Shown here piece after piece: positions 27,859 to 36,987 of a DNA stretch of 64,000 nucleotides. Position numbers and translations under genes: made by a program. Each line of letters starts with the position of its first letter. Positions within the stretch are counted from its first letter, which is position 1. This DNA comes from an uncultured Actinomycetota bacterium (lineage in GTDB: Bacteria > Actinomycetota > Actinomycetes > Mycobacteriales > CAVVZQ01): positions 93,179 through 157,178 of the forward strand of contig CAVVZQ010000006.1 in assembly GCA_963752715.1 (NCBI GenBank). Direction: 5' to 3'. The notes under the pieces were generated by a model. The model searched no databases, was not told the DNA's origin, and saw only the letters and a program-made list of their open reading frames with translations.

Positions 27859-29439
27859 GTGGGTATGTCCGAAGGGCGGAGCATGACGGAACTGGCGACC
27901 GGAAGGCAGCCCCCGTCCGCCACGCCCCGGGGCGGTCGCCCACCTCGGCCTCCTATCGCGCCTCGACCGGCACCGGTGAGCACCCGGAGCCCGCGCCGAG
28001 GGATGGCAGCCATCGTGGCCGGGATCGCATCCAGCGGCGTCTTTCTGCTCAGCGGTGCCCTCTACGCCGGCTACGCCACCTTCGACGGCAACCTGTCCCG
28101 AGTGGACATCAGCGGCGGAGTCGCCGCAGGTCCTCCTACCTCGCTGAGCGGTTCGGCCACGTCCCCGGACTCCACACACCCGGCCATGAACGTGCTGCTG
28201 GTGGGCGTCGACGACCGCTCGAACCTGAGCAAGACGCAGCTTGCGGAGATCGCGACCGAGGATGTCGGAACCGCCCTGACCGACACCATCATCCTGGCTC
28301 ACCTGCCCGCGAAGGTAGATCCGGGCGCCCCCGACCAGGCGGTACTGGTTTCTATCCCCCGGGACTCGTGGGTGAGCATCCCCGGGTACGGGATGAACAA
28401 GATCAACTCGGCCTACCTCGAGGCCGGAGAAGGAGAGGAGGGCGCGCAGGCACTCATCGCGACGGTGGAGAACCTCTCCGGACTCGACATCGACCACTAC
28501 GTCCAAGTCGACCTCAACGGCTTCCTCTCTATCGCGGACGCGATCGGCGGCGTCGATGTGTGCCTCAAGCACGCCGTCGACGACGAGTACACCCAGCTGG
28601 TCCTGCCCGCAGGACCGCAGACGCTCGACGGGGTGGATTCGCTGCGCTTCGTGCGCCAACGCCACGGGCTGCCGCAGGGAGACCTCGACCGCATCGTGCG
28701 CCAGCAGGCTTTCCTCTCCGCCGCTTTGCGCAAAGTGACCAGCGCCGGGACGCTGCTCAACCCATGGCGGGTGAACGCGCTGCTCAACGCCACGACCGAC
28801 GCCCTCGTCGTGGACGAGGGCCTGACAGTGAACCGGATGCGCGACCTCGCCTTCAGCCTGAAGGGCATAGCGGCCGGAAACGTGGAGTTCCGGACCATAC
28901 CTGTCACCGGTCTCGGGGTCGAAGACGGCCAGTCGGTGGTCCGTCTCAACGACGACGAGCTGCCCGCGTTCTTCGAGTCCCTCAACGAGCTCGCGCCAGA
29001 GCCGGAACCGGCACTGGACCGACCCGAGCCCGGTGCACCCGTGCTGACGGTTCCGGCCCGGGACGTGAGCGTCGCCGTACGCAACGGCTCGGGCGTCAAC
29101 GGTGCAGCTACCAAGGCGGAGCGTGCTCTGCAGGCCAAGGGCTTCGACACCGTCGGGTATCCGTCAAATGCCGACCGGCAGGACTACGAAACCTCCGTCG
29201 TCTTCTACGGGCCGGGCCAGTCCGAGGCGGCACGCACCCTGGCCACCGCCGTGGAGGGCGCCGAGACCGAGTACGACGAGTCACTGGGCTCGACGCTCCG
29301 GCTCGTCGTCGGGGCCAACTACGCGGGGATTCGTGCCATCACGGTGCCTGGGGACACACCTCCCCCGCCATCCCCCGAGCCGTCCGAGGAACCCGTGTAC
29401 CAGTCCCGCTACGCCGACGACGCCAGCTGCGTGAACTAG
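27859..29439 (+). CDS. LytR-CpsA-Psr (LCP) family cell-wall glycopolymer ligase with a LytR_C domain
   Basis: N-terminal TM segment. LCP core (NVLLVGVDDR...DTIILAHL...SIPRDSWV...INSAY...LRFVRQRHG...GDLDRI.RQQ). C-terminal VAVRNGSGVNGAATKA. The start could be ATG 27865 or 27883. Confidence 0.9.
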   Translation: MGMSEGRSMTELATGRQPPSATPRGGRPPRPPIAPRPAPVSTRSPRRGMAAIVAGIASSGVFLLSGALYAGYATFDGNLSRVDISGGVAAGPPTSLSGSATSPDSTHPAMNVLLVGVDDRSNLSKTQLAEIATEDVGTALTDTIILAHLPAKVDPGAPDQAVLVSIPRDSWVSIPGYGMNKINSAYLEAGEGEEGAQALIATVENLSGLDIDHYVQVDLNGFLSIADAIGGVDVCLKHAVDDEYTQLVLPAGPQTLDGVDSLRFVRQRHGLPQGDLDRIVRQQAFLSAALRKVTSAGTLLNPWRVNALLNATTDALVVDEGLTVNRMRDLAFSLKGIAAGNVEFRTIPVTGLGVEDGQSVVRLNDDELPAFFESLNELAPEPEPALDRPEPGAPVLTVPARDVSVAVRNGSGVNGAATKAERALQAKGFDTVGYPSNADRQDYETSVVFYGPGQSEAARTLATAVEGAETEYDESLGSTLRLVVGANYAGIRAITVPGDTPPPPSPEPSEEPVYQSRYADDASCVN

Positions 29440-29443
29440 TCAC

Positions 29444-30192
29444 GTGAACCCGCTGCACGCACTGCTTGCCGATGTCGTACGGCGCAGTCCGGGCTCACCG
29501 CTGATCACCTACTACGACGACGGCACGGGTGAGCGCGTCGAGCTGTCGGGGGCCACGACGGAGAACTGGGTGGCCAAGACGGCGAACCTGCTCCAGGAGG
29601 AGCTCGGGGTGGGCCCCGGCTCGCTGGTTGCCGTCGAGCTTCCCCCCACTGGCAGACCGTCGTCCTCTGGCTCGCCGTCTGGCGCGTCGGAGGGTGTCTG
29701 ACCGGCCTCCCCTCCCGCCCCGCGGGTCAGGAGCAGGCTGATCTGGTCGTCGTGGCCGAGGCGCATCTCGACGCGGTCGCAGAGTCGACGCCGTGTCTGG
29801 CCCTCTCGCTGGCGCCGATGGGTCGCAGGCTGTCCAGGCTCGTGCCCGGGGTCGTGGACTACGCCGCGGAAGTGGCCGGGTACGGGGACCGCTGCCCGCC
29901 GAATGACTCGGCTGGTCTGACCGCCCTGACGGGACGCGGCCAGCCTTCACCCGCCTCCGACCCCACCTACGACCAGGTCGCGCACACCCTGCGGGAGCGT
30001 GCCGAGATGCTCGCGCTGAGCTCCCAGGACCGTGTCCTGATCGCCTTCCCAGCGGGCACTACCGCCGAGCCCGTGGAGCTACTGACCCCCCTCGCCGCCG
30101 GCGCCAGCCTCGTGCTCCTCCTGCGTGCCGCTGAGGGCTCGGACCGGGAGCAGCGAATCGCCGCTGAGGAGCGCGTGACGCGCCGTCTGTGA
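29444..30192 (+). pseudogene. TIGR03089-family protein (Rv3268-like), split by a 1-nt frame break in a C6 run
   Basis: ORF 29444..29701 reads ...ITYYDDGTGERVELSGATTENWVAKTANLLQEELG...VAVELPP and then junk. With 7 C instead of 6 at 29642-29647 it reads LPPHWQTVVLWLAVWRVGGCL... and runs into ORF 29752..30192. Confidence 0.7.
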
Positions 30193-30202
30193 GGGCAGCC
30201 AG

Positions 30203-31360
30203 TCAGGCCAGCAGCTGGCGAGCCATGACCATGCGCTGAATCTGGTTGGTGCCCTCGTAGATCTGCGTGATCTTGGCGTCGCGCATCATGCGCTCGACCG
30301 GGAAGTCCTGGGTGTAGCCGTACCCACCCAGCACCTGGACCGCGTCGGTGGTGACCTCCATGGCGACGTCGGACGCATAGCACTTGGCCGCGCTGGACAG
30401 GAACGTGAGGTTGCTCTGACCACGCTCCGACGCCGCGGCCGCCGCGTAGACCAGCTGTCTCGCTGCCTCGACCTTCATGGCCATGTCGGCGAGCATGAAC
30501 TGGATCGCCTGGAAGCTCGAGATCGTCCGCCCGAACTGCTTGCGCTGCTTTGCGTACTCCACGGAGACGTCCAGCGCCCCCTGCGCAATGCCGAGGGCCT
30601 GGGCGCCGATCGTGACGCGGGTGTGGTCGAGCGTGCGCAGCGCGGTCTTGAACCCGGTTCCGGGATCCCCGATGATCCGATCGGCTGGAATCGCGCAGTC
30701 CTCGAAGTAGATCTCCCTGGTGGGAGAGCCCTTGATCCCCAGCTTGCGCTCCTTGGCACCGACGCTGAAGCCCGGGTCGTCGGCGTGAACGACGAAGGCC
30801 GAGATTCCAGCAGGGCCACGGTCGGGCTCGGTGACCGCCATCACGGTGTAGTACTTGGAGATGCCCGCGTTGCTGATCCAGCACTTGGTCCCGTTGAGAA
30901 CCCAGTGCTCCCCGTCGCGCACGGCCTTCGTCTTCATAGCCGCCGCGTCCGAGCCCGCCTCGCGCTCGCTCAGTGCGTAGGAGAACATCGCCTCCCCGCT
31001 GGCGACTTCGGTGAGGTAGCGCTGCTTGATCTCCTCCGAGCCCGACACCAGCAGTCCGGTGGTCCCGAGCTTGTTCACCGCGGGAATCAGCGAGGAGTTG
31101 GTGCACACCCGTGCGATCTCCTCCACCACGATGGCCGAGGCCACGTCGTCGGCCCCCATACCGCCGTAGGCCTCCGGGATGTGAACCGCGTGCAGCTGGG
31201 CTCGCACCAGAGCGTCGTAGACGTCCTGGGGGAACTCTCCCTGCTCGTCGATCTCCCCTGCGCGGGGTTGGATCTTGTCCTGGCTGAGGTCCCGTACCGC
31301 CTCGCGCAGCGCGACGTGTTCCTCGGAGAGCTGGTAGGCGTCGAAGTCTGGGTTGTTCAC
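30203..31360 (-). CDS. Acyl-CoA dehydrogenase (FadE25-like)
   Basis: Full-length ACAD, 385 aa, ending ...YEGTNQIQRMVMARQLL. Confidence 0.9.
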   Translation of the reverse strand: MNNPDFDAYQLSEEHVALREAVRDLSQDKIQPRAGEIDEQGEFPQDVYDALVRAQLHAVHIPEAYGGMGADDVASAIVVEEIARVCTNSSLIPAVNKLGTTGLLVSGSEEIKQRYLTEVASGEAMFSYALSEREAGSDAAAMKTKAVRDGEHWVLNGTKCWISNAGISKYYTVMAVTEPDRGPAGISAFVVHADDPGFSVGAKERKLGIKGSPTREIYFEDCAIPADRIIGDPGTGFKTALRTLDHTRVTIGAQALGIAQGALDVSVEYAKQRKQFGRTISSFQAIQFMLADMAMKVEAARQLVYAAAAASERGQSNLTFLSSAAKCYASDVAMEVTTDAVQVLGGYGYTQDFPVERMMRDAKITQIYEGTNQIQRMVMARQLLA

Positions 31361-31363
31361 GTC

Positions 31364-31906
31364 TTAGAAGGATACGTCGCTGCGCCGCTGAAGGGCGTGG
31401 TCCTTGGCGCGTGCGGTCTCGGCGAGCGTCTCGGCGAAGCGCTCGAGCTGCTCCTGCAGACCACGGTCCGAGGCCGCGAGGATGCGCACCGCAAGCAGTC
31501 CCGCATTACGGGCCCCGCCCACCGAGACCGTCGCGACCGGGACGCCCGCGGGCATCTGCACGATCGACAGCAGGCTGTCGAGACCGTCGAGGTGGCGCAG
31601 CGGGACTGGAACCCCGATTACGGGCAGCGGCGTCAGTGACGCGACCATGCCGGGCAGATGAGCAGCCCCTCCCGCACCGGCGATGATGACCCGGGTGCCG
31701 CGTCCTGCTGCGGCCGAGGCGTAGGCCATCATGTCCCGCGGGGTGCGATGAGCCGACACCACGCGCACCTCGTGACGGACCTCGAACTCCGACAGCGCTT
31801 CGGAAGCCGGGCGCATCGTGTCCCAGTCGGAGTCACTGCCCATGATGACGGCCACCGTCGGGGCGGCGGGCTGCGTTGGGTTCGTCACCGTCGTCATCGT
31901 GGTCAC
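31364..31906 (-). CDS. purE: N5-carboxyaminoimidazole ribonucleotide mutase
   Basis: [11 protein letters not shown]...VVSAHRTP...[17 protein letters not shown]. The GTG start overlaps the purK stop (GTGA at 31903-31906). Confidence 0.93.
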   Translation of the reverse strand: MTTMTTVTNPTQPAAPTVAVIMGSDSDWDTMRPASEALSEFEVRHEVRVVSAHRTPRDMMAYASAAAGRGTRVIIAGAGGAAHLPGMVASLTPLPVIGVPVPLRHLDGLDSLLSIVQMPAGVPVATVSVGGARNAGLLAVRILAASDRGLQEQLERFAETLAETARAKDHALQRRSDVSF

Positions 31907-33183
31907 CGAGTGCGCTCCGGGATTTCGTGGGGCTGGGATCCGTGGGGCTGGGAATCGTGCGGCTGGGAATCGTGCGGCTGACCGACGTCCGCGTCACCGG
32001 CGTCAGGCCCACGAGCTCCCAGGGACGGTCCGCTGCTGAGAAGCCGCGCGGCACGACGGGCTCGGTCCCGGGTCGGGCCGAGCTCAGCCCCGGACACGGT
32101 GACGTGACCGAGCTTGCGTCCCGGTCGGGCTGCCTTTCCGTACCAGTGCACCCGTACGGACGGATCCTGCTCGTACAGGTGTCGCATCCGCTCCTGCGTA
32201 CTCACTCCGCCGAGCGAACCCCCGAGCACGTTTGCCATCACGGTCCAGGGCGCTGTGGTGCCGGTGTCGCCGAGCGGGTAGTCCAGCACAGCCCTCAGAT
32301 GCTGCTCGAACTGACTCGTGCGGCTGCCCTCGATGGTCCAGTGGCCGCTGTTGTGAGGGCGCATCGCCAGTTCGTTGACCAGCAGCCCCCCTGCGGTGTC
32401 GAACAGCTCCACCGCCATGACGCCGACGACGTCCAGCTGCGTCGCCAGCGCGACGGCCAGCTCCCGGGCCTCACGCTCCCGACCCGGGTCCAGTCCCGGC
32501 GCCGGCGCGATGACCTCGACGCAGATCCCCCGGTCCTGGACCGTCTCGACCACCGGCCAGGCCTCGACCTGACCGCTCGGCGACCGGGCAACCACGCACG
32601 CGAGCTCACGGACGATCTCGACGTGCGCCTCGGCAAGCATGGTCGGTGCGTCGGGGGCAGCGCCTGGCTGCAGCAAACTGGCAGCCTCACGCGCGTTGTG
32701 CGCGATCCACACGCCACGGCCGTCATAGCCTCCCCGGGCTGTCTTGAGCACTACAGGCCACCCGGTGTCCCCGGCGTGGTCGGTGAGATCCGAGAGGCCT
32801 TCCACAGCCCGCCAGGCAGGAACGGGGACCTCCAGCTCGGTCAGCCGTTGCCTCATTCTCAGCTTGTCCTGCGCGTAGACCAGCGCCGCAGCGGAGGGGT
32901 GGACGCAGTGGCCGTCCCGGGAGAGCGCCGCGACAAGATCATTGGGCACGTGCTCGTGATCGAACGTCACCACGTCGCACTGCTCCGCAAACTGACGCAG
33001 GGCCTGCGGGTCGGTGTGGTGGCCGAGCGTGACGTGACGCGCGACTCGAGCCGCGGAGTCCGACTGCTCCACGGCCAGGACCCTGAGCGACAGCCCCATG
33101 GCGATGCCCGCCTGATGCGTCATCCGGGCGAGCTGACCGCCCCCCACCATGCCGACTACGGGCAAACCGGTGTCCCGCTCCAC
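31903..33183 (-). CDS. purK: N5-carboxyaminoimidazole ribonucleotide synthase with a repeat-encoded C-terminal tail
   Basis: ATP-grasp fold ([13 protein letters not shown]...[16 protein letters not shown]...[14 protein letters not shown]...RKLGHVTV). The last ~40 aa include [20 protein letters not shown]. Confidence 0.9.
   Translation of the reverse strand: MERDTGLPVVGMVGGGQLARMTHQAGIAMGLSLRVLAVEQSDSAARVARHVTLGHHTDPQALRQFAEQCDVVTFDHEHVPNDLVAALSRDGHCVHPSAAALVYAQDKLRMRQRLTELEVPVPAWRAVEGLSDLTDHAGDTGWPVVLKTARGGYDGRGVWIAHNAREAASLLQPGAAPDAPTMLAEAHVEIVRELACVVARSPSGQVEAWPVVETVQDRGICVEVIAPAPGLDPGREREARELAVALATQLDVVGVMAVELFDTAGGLLVNELAMRPHNSGHWTIEGSRTSQFEQHLRAVLDYPLGDTGTTAPWTVMANVLGGSLGGVSTQERMRHLYEQDPSVRVHWYGKAARPGRKLGHVTVSGAELGPTRDRARRAARLLSSGPSLGARGPDAGDADVGQPHDSQPHDSQPHGSQPHEIPERTR
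31926..31985. repeat. 15-bp tandem repeat CGTG(G/C)GGCTGGGA(A/T)(T/C), 4 copies
   Basis: Copies start at 31926, 31941, 31956 and 31971. They lie inside the purK 3' end, 20-80 nt upstream of the purE start. Confidence 0.9.
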
Positions 33184-33246
33184 CAGATCAGGGTAGGCGA
33201 CCAGGCGGGGTCAGCGCAGACTCCGCAGGACTCGCGGTGACCAGTG

Positions 33247-34260
33247 CTACCCGGTGAGCCGGTCGACCGTCTCACGAGCGACGCCGAGCGAGGCCGGCAG
33301 GTCGATCGCATGCCACTGCAGCGAAGATCGCACCCCCCAGCCAGAGGCCCGGCCGATCCGCTCCAGCCGTTCCTGGACGAGGTCGGCAAGTATCTCCGCC
33401 TGTTCGATGATCGCACCGGACTGCCGTGTGAGAACCGCGAACCTCGCGGGGCCGAGTCGCACCACGGTCTGCCCACTGCTGTAGAGCAGCCGCAGGCTGC
33501 GTGACACCTCGATGAGAGCCTCGGAGTCCGTCAGCTCGTCACGTCGCACGTCCCCGAAGTCCACGACCACGAGGGCCCAGCGACGGCCGGGTGCAACGCC
33601 GCGGTACTCCGCCTCCTCGTACACCTCGCGCAGTCGAAGCTGCAGGTACGAGGGCGTCCCGAGACCGGTGAGCGCGTCCACGGCCGGCTCCGCGGCGGCG
33701 TACGAGCTCGCCTGAGACCAGCCACGCGCGAGGGCGACGGCCACCTGTGGGTCCAGCGACTCCACGCCGAGCGCATCAGCGAGGGCGGCGAGGTCCTCCA
33801 GAGCCTCCGTCATACCAGCACCGATCTCAGCCCGATCCCTCCCCAGACCCTCGAAATACTCTTCACCGACAGCGCCGTACGGCTTCGCCACAAGCGATGC
33901 GACAAGTCCGTCCACCGATGGCGCATGCCAATCCGACGGCACTCTCCAGCCTCGTTTCAGCGAGGCCGCCTGCCATCGGTCCATGAGCCGATGACTGTCG
34001 CGCGGTACCCGTCTACCAGGGGTGAGGCGGACCAGCACGGTCCCGGGGGATTGCAGAATGCGGACGAGGCCGGGTTCCGAGCTCCGTCCGGAAGCATCGT
34101 CAATAGGCGGTCCGGACCCCGTGTTTCGCCGCCGGCCCGGGGCGCCGATGAACAGCGGCACAATGGACCTCGTTCCCTTCGGATCGCTCACACGTATGAG
34201 ACGAGCAAAGCGAGCCTTGAGTTCGCAGAAGGTGCGCTCATACTGTGTGATATCCATCAC
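33247..34260 (-). CDS. Protein with a degenerate GGDEF-like C-terminal domain and an unknown N-terminal region
   Basis: VDALTGLGTPSYL...WALVVVDFGDV...VVRLGPARFAVL, where GPARF stands in place of GGDEF. Codons ending in A/T are clearly more frequent than in neighbouring genes. The start is uncertain (ATG 34260, or an internal Met at about 33985). Confidence 0.55.
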   Translation of the reverse strand: MMDITQYERTFCELKARFARLIRVSDPKGTRSIVPLFIGAPGRRRNTGSGPPIDDASGRSSEPGLVRILQSPGTVLVRLTPGRRVPRDSHRLMDRWQAASLKRGWRVPSDWHAPSVDGLVASLVAKPYGAVGEEYFEGLGRDRAEIGAGMTEALEDLAALADALGVESLDPQVAVALARGWSQASSYAAAEPAVDALTGLGTPSYLQLRLREVYEEAEYRGVAPGRRWALVVVDFGDVRRDELTDSEALIEVSRSLRLLYSSGQTVVRLGPARFAVLTRQSGAIIEQAEILADLVQERLERIGRASGWGVRSSLQWHAIDLPASLGVARETVDRLTG

Positions 34261-34282
34261 AGCAGGGCAGACGGGGAGAGAC

Positions 34283-35764
34283 GTGGACGGTCAGGACGAG
34301 GTGCCGGTCGGCCCCTCCGACTCCTCCGTGGCCGGCGAGCTCTCCGACGAGTTCCTCATCGGGCAGGTCCGCGCGGGCGACTCGGACGCCTACGGCGTGC
34401 TCTACGAGCGGCACCGAGGCGCGGCCCAGTCACTGGCACGCCAGCTGTCGCGAGACTCCTCGGAGGCTGACGACCTGGTCTCTGACGCTTTCCTCAAGGT
34501 CCGCAGCGTCCTGGACGACGGCCGGGGTCCCGACGCGGCCTTCCGCGCCTACCTGTTGACGACGGTGCGGCGGCTGGCCTACGACCGGACTCGCTCAGGC
34601 CGTCGACTGGTCAGCACCAGCGACTACGCGGGTCTGGACACCGCCGTACCGTTCCGGGACACCACTGCCTCCGCGCTGGAGGCCAGCATGGCCTCCGACG
34701 CCTTCAACACGCTGCCGGAGCGCTGGCGGCTGGTCCTGTGGCACCGGGTAGTGCTGGGGCACTCCACAGAGCAGGTGGCGCGCGAGCTGGGAACGACGCC
34801 CTCCGCCGTCGCCGCGCTGCTCTACCGCGCCCGCGAGGGTCTGCGGGAGGCGTACCTGCAGGCGCACATCACACAGCAGCCACAGAGCGTCGACTGCGAC
34901 TGGACCATAGAGCGGCTCGCCGCCTACGCGAGAGGCGGCCTGCCGAAGCGCGAGTCAGCGCGAGTTCGCAGTCACCTCGACGAGTGCGAGCGCTGTCGGA
35001 CCCTGAACAACGAGGTCCGCGAGGTCAACGCGACCCTGCGGGCCGCCATGGCGCCCGCGCTCCTGGGCTCGTCGGCGGCACTGCTCACCAGCTCCGCCAC
35101 GGTTGGCGGTTCGTCGCTCACCGGTGCGAGCGCCGGTGCCGGGGTCACGAAGCTGATGCTGGTGGGACTCGCCCTCGGCGGGACCCTCACCGTGGCCACC
35201 GGCAGCACTCTGTACCTGCTGAACAGCGACAGCCCGGCTCCGGGTGCGGAGTACTCGACGACCCACGCCGTGCTGAGTGCCGAGGAGCTGTCGCGACTCG
35301 CCGAGCTGTGCAGCAGGCCGGGGTACGGGGCCGGAAGCAGCGGACCCCGGGGTGAAGCGGGTCCAGGCATCGTGGGCGTACCGTCGCGGGAGACCCCCGT
35401 CGCACTCGGGCCGGACGGAACCACCGTGGCGTCGCTGGTCGCCGACGGGGCTTCCGCCATGCTGGTCGACGTCACCGCGGCTCGGCTGCTCAGCCAGCCT
35501 TGCGTGGCCATCAGCTCGGCCCAAGGCGCGACGTTCCTGTCTTTCGGCTCCCAGACGGAACGGCCCTGGAGGTGCTCGACGCAGGCGACGACCATACTGT
35601 GCCGCCCGGAAGGCCGGTGGTGGCGCTCGGCAGACTCCGACCCGGCCGGGGAGTTCGACCTGTTCGTCAGCACTCGGACCAGTGCGACGGACGACCGCAG
35701 CCCCATGGTCTACGTGATCACCCAGACCAGGGGCGGCTACAGCGTGGAGCCGGTCGATAGCTGA
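34283..35764 (+). CDS. ECF sigma factor fused to a zf-HC2 anti-sigma motif, one TM helix and a ~190-aa extracytoplasmic domain
   Basis: Sigma-2 region (DAYGVLYERHRGAAQSLARQLS...ADDLVSDAFLKV). Sigma-4 region (LPERWRLVLWHRVVLGHSTEQVARELGTTPSAVAALLYRAREGLR). Then C-x26-HLDECERC and the TM helix VTKLMLVGLALGGTLTVATG. GTG at 34283 follows GGGGAGAG. Confidence 0.8.
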   Translation: MDGQDEVPVGPSDSSVAGELSDEFLIGQVRAGDSDAYGVLYERHRGAAQSLARQLSRDSSEADDLVSDAFLKVRSVLDDGRGPDAAFRAYLLTTVRRLAYDRTRSGRRLVSTSDYAGLDTAVPFRDTTASALEASMASDAFNTLPERWRLVLWHRVVLGHSTEQVARELGTTPSAVAALLYRAREGLREAYLQAHITQQPQSVDCDWTIERLAAYARGGLPKRESARVRSHLDECERCRTLNNEVREVNATLRAAMAPALLGSSAALLTSSATVGGSSLTGASAGAGVTKLMLVGLALGGTLTVATGSTLYLLNSDSPAPGAEYSTTHAVLSAEELSRLAELCSRPGYGAGSSGPRGEAGPGIVGVPSRETPVALGPDGTTVASLVADGASAMLVDVTAARLLSQPCVAISSAQGATFLSFGSQTERPWRCSTQATTILCRPEGRWWRSADSDPAGEFDLFVSTRTSATDDRSPMVYVITQTRGGYSVEPVDS

Positions 35765-35773
35765 GCGCCCCGC

Positions 35774-36937
35774 TCAGCCGAGCCCGAGGTCTCGCGCGAT
35801 CAGCAGCCTCTGCACCTCGCTGGTTCCCTCGCCGATTTCGAGGATCTTGGAGTCACGCCAGTGCCGCGCCACCGGGTACTCGTTCATGAACCCGTACCCG
35901 CCGAAGACCTGGGTGGCCTCGCGAGCGTTGGTGACCGCTGACTCCGAGGAGTACAGCTTGGCGATCGATGCCTGGCGCTTGAACGGCTCTCCCGCCAGCA
36001 TCCGGGCTGCTGCGTCGTAGTAGGCCAGCCGTCCCAGATGGGCGCGCGACTCCATGTCCGCGATCTTGAACTGGATGGCCTGGTACCCGCCGATCGTGCG
36101 CCCGAAGGCCTCTCGCTGTCGGGCATAGGCCACGGACTCGTCCACGCACGCCTGGGACAGGCCGACCGCGAGGGCGGAGATGGCGATGCGGCCCTCGTCG
36201 AGGATGGAGAGGAAGTTCGCGTACCCGCGTCCCCGCTGGCCCAACAGGTTCTCCTGCGGCACGACCACGTCCGTGAAGGACAGCTCGCGCGTGTCGGAGG
36301 CGTGCCAGCCCACCTTCGAGTACGACGTGGAGGCGTTGAAGCCGGCAGTGGGGACCGGTACGAGGATCGAGCTGATCTCCCTGCCGGACGGGCTCCCCCC
36401 TGGCGACTGACCCGTCACGGCGGTGACCGTGACCAGGCGGGTGATGTCCGTCCCGGAGTTCGTGATGAAGGCCTTGGTTCCGTTGATCACCCAGTGGCCG
36501 TCCTCGAGTCGGGCAGTCGTCCTGGTGGCACCGGCGTCACTGCCTCCCCCCGGCTCGGTGAGCCCGAACGCGGCCAGCGCCGTCCCGCTGGTGAGCAACG
36601 GCAGCCAGGTCTGCTTCTGCTCCTCGGTGCCGAAGCGGTAGATCGGCATCGCCCCGAGGCTCACCGCGGCCTCCAGCGTGATCGCGACGCTGGAGTCCAC
36701 CCGGGCCAGCTCCTCGATGGCCAGGCACAGGTCGAAGTAGGTGCCACCCATGCCCCCGTACTCCTCGGGGAACGGAAGACCGAACAGTCCCAGCTCGGCC
36801 ATCGCCTTCACGACCCCGTAGGGGAACTCACCCGACTCGTCGTGTTCGGCAGCGCTCGGAGCCACGACGGTGCGTGCGAAGTCCTCGACAGTCCTGCGAA
36901 ACTGCTCCTGCTCGGCGGTGAGGGCAAAACGGGGCAA
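35774..36937 (-). CDS. Acyl-CoA dehydrogenase (short or branched chain, isovaleryl-CoA dehydrogenase-like)
   Basis: Full-length ACAD. TTG at 36937 is 7 nt after AAGGAG (ggtAAGGAGacgaactTTG). Confidence 0.88.
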   Translation of the reverse strand: MPRFALTAEQEQFRRTVEDFARTVVAPSAAEHDESGEFPYGVVKAMAELGLFGLPFPEEYGGMGGTYFDLCLAIEELARVDSSVAITLEAAVSLGAMPIYRFGTEEQKQTWLPLLTSGTALAAFGLTEPGGGSDAGATRTTARLEDGHWVINGTKAFITNSGTDITRLVTVTAVTGQSPGGSPSGREISSILVPVPTAGFNASTSYSKVGWHASDTRELSFTDVVVPQENLLGQRGRGYANFLSILDEGRIAISALAVGLSQACVDESVAYARQREAFGRTIGGYQAIQFKIADMESRAHLGRLAYYDAAARMLAGEPFKRQASIAKLYSSESAVTNAREATQVFGGYGFMNEYPVARHWRDSKILEIGEGTSEVQRLLIARDLGLG

Positions 36938-36987
36938 AGTTCGTCTCCTTACCGGACATCCGTTGACTCGCACTCTACGATGGAAAA

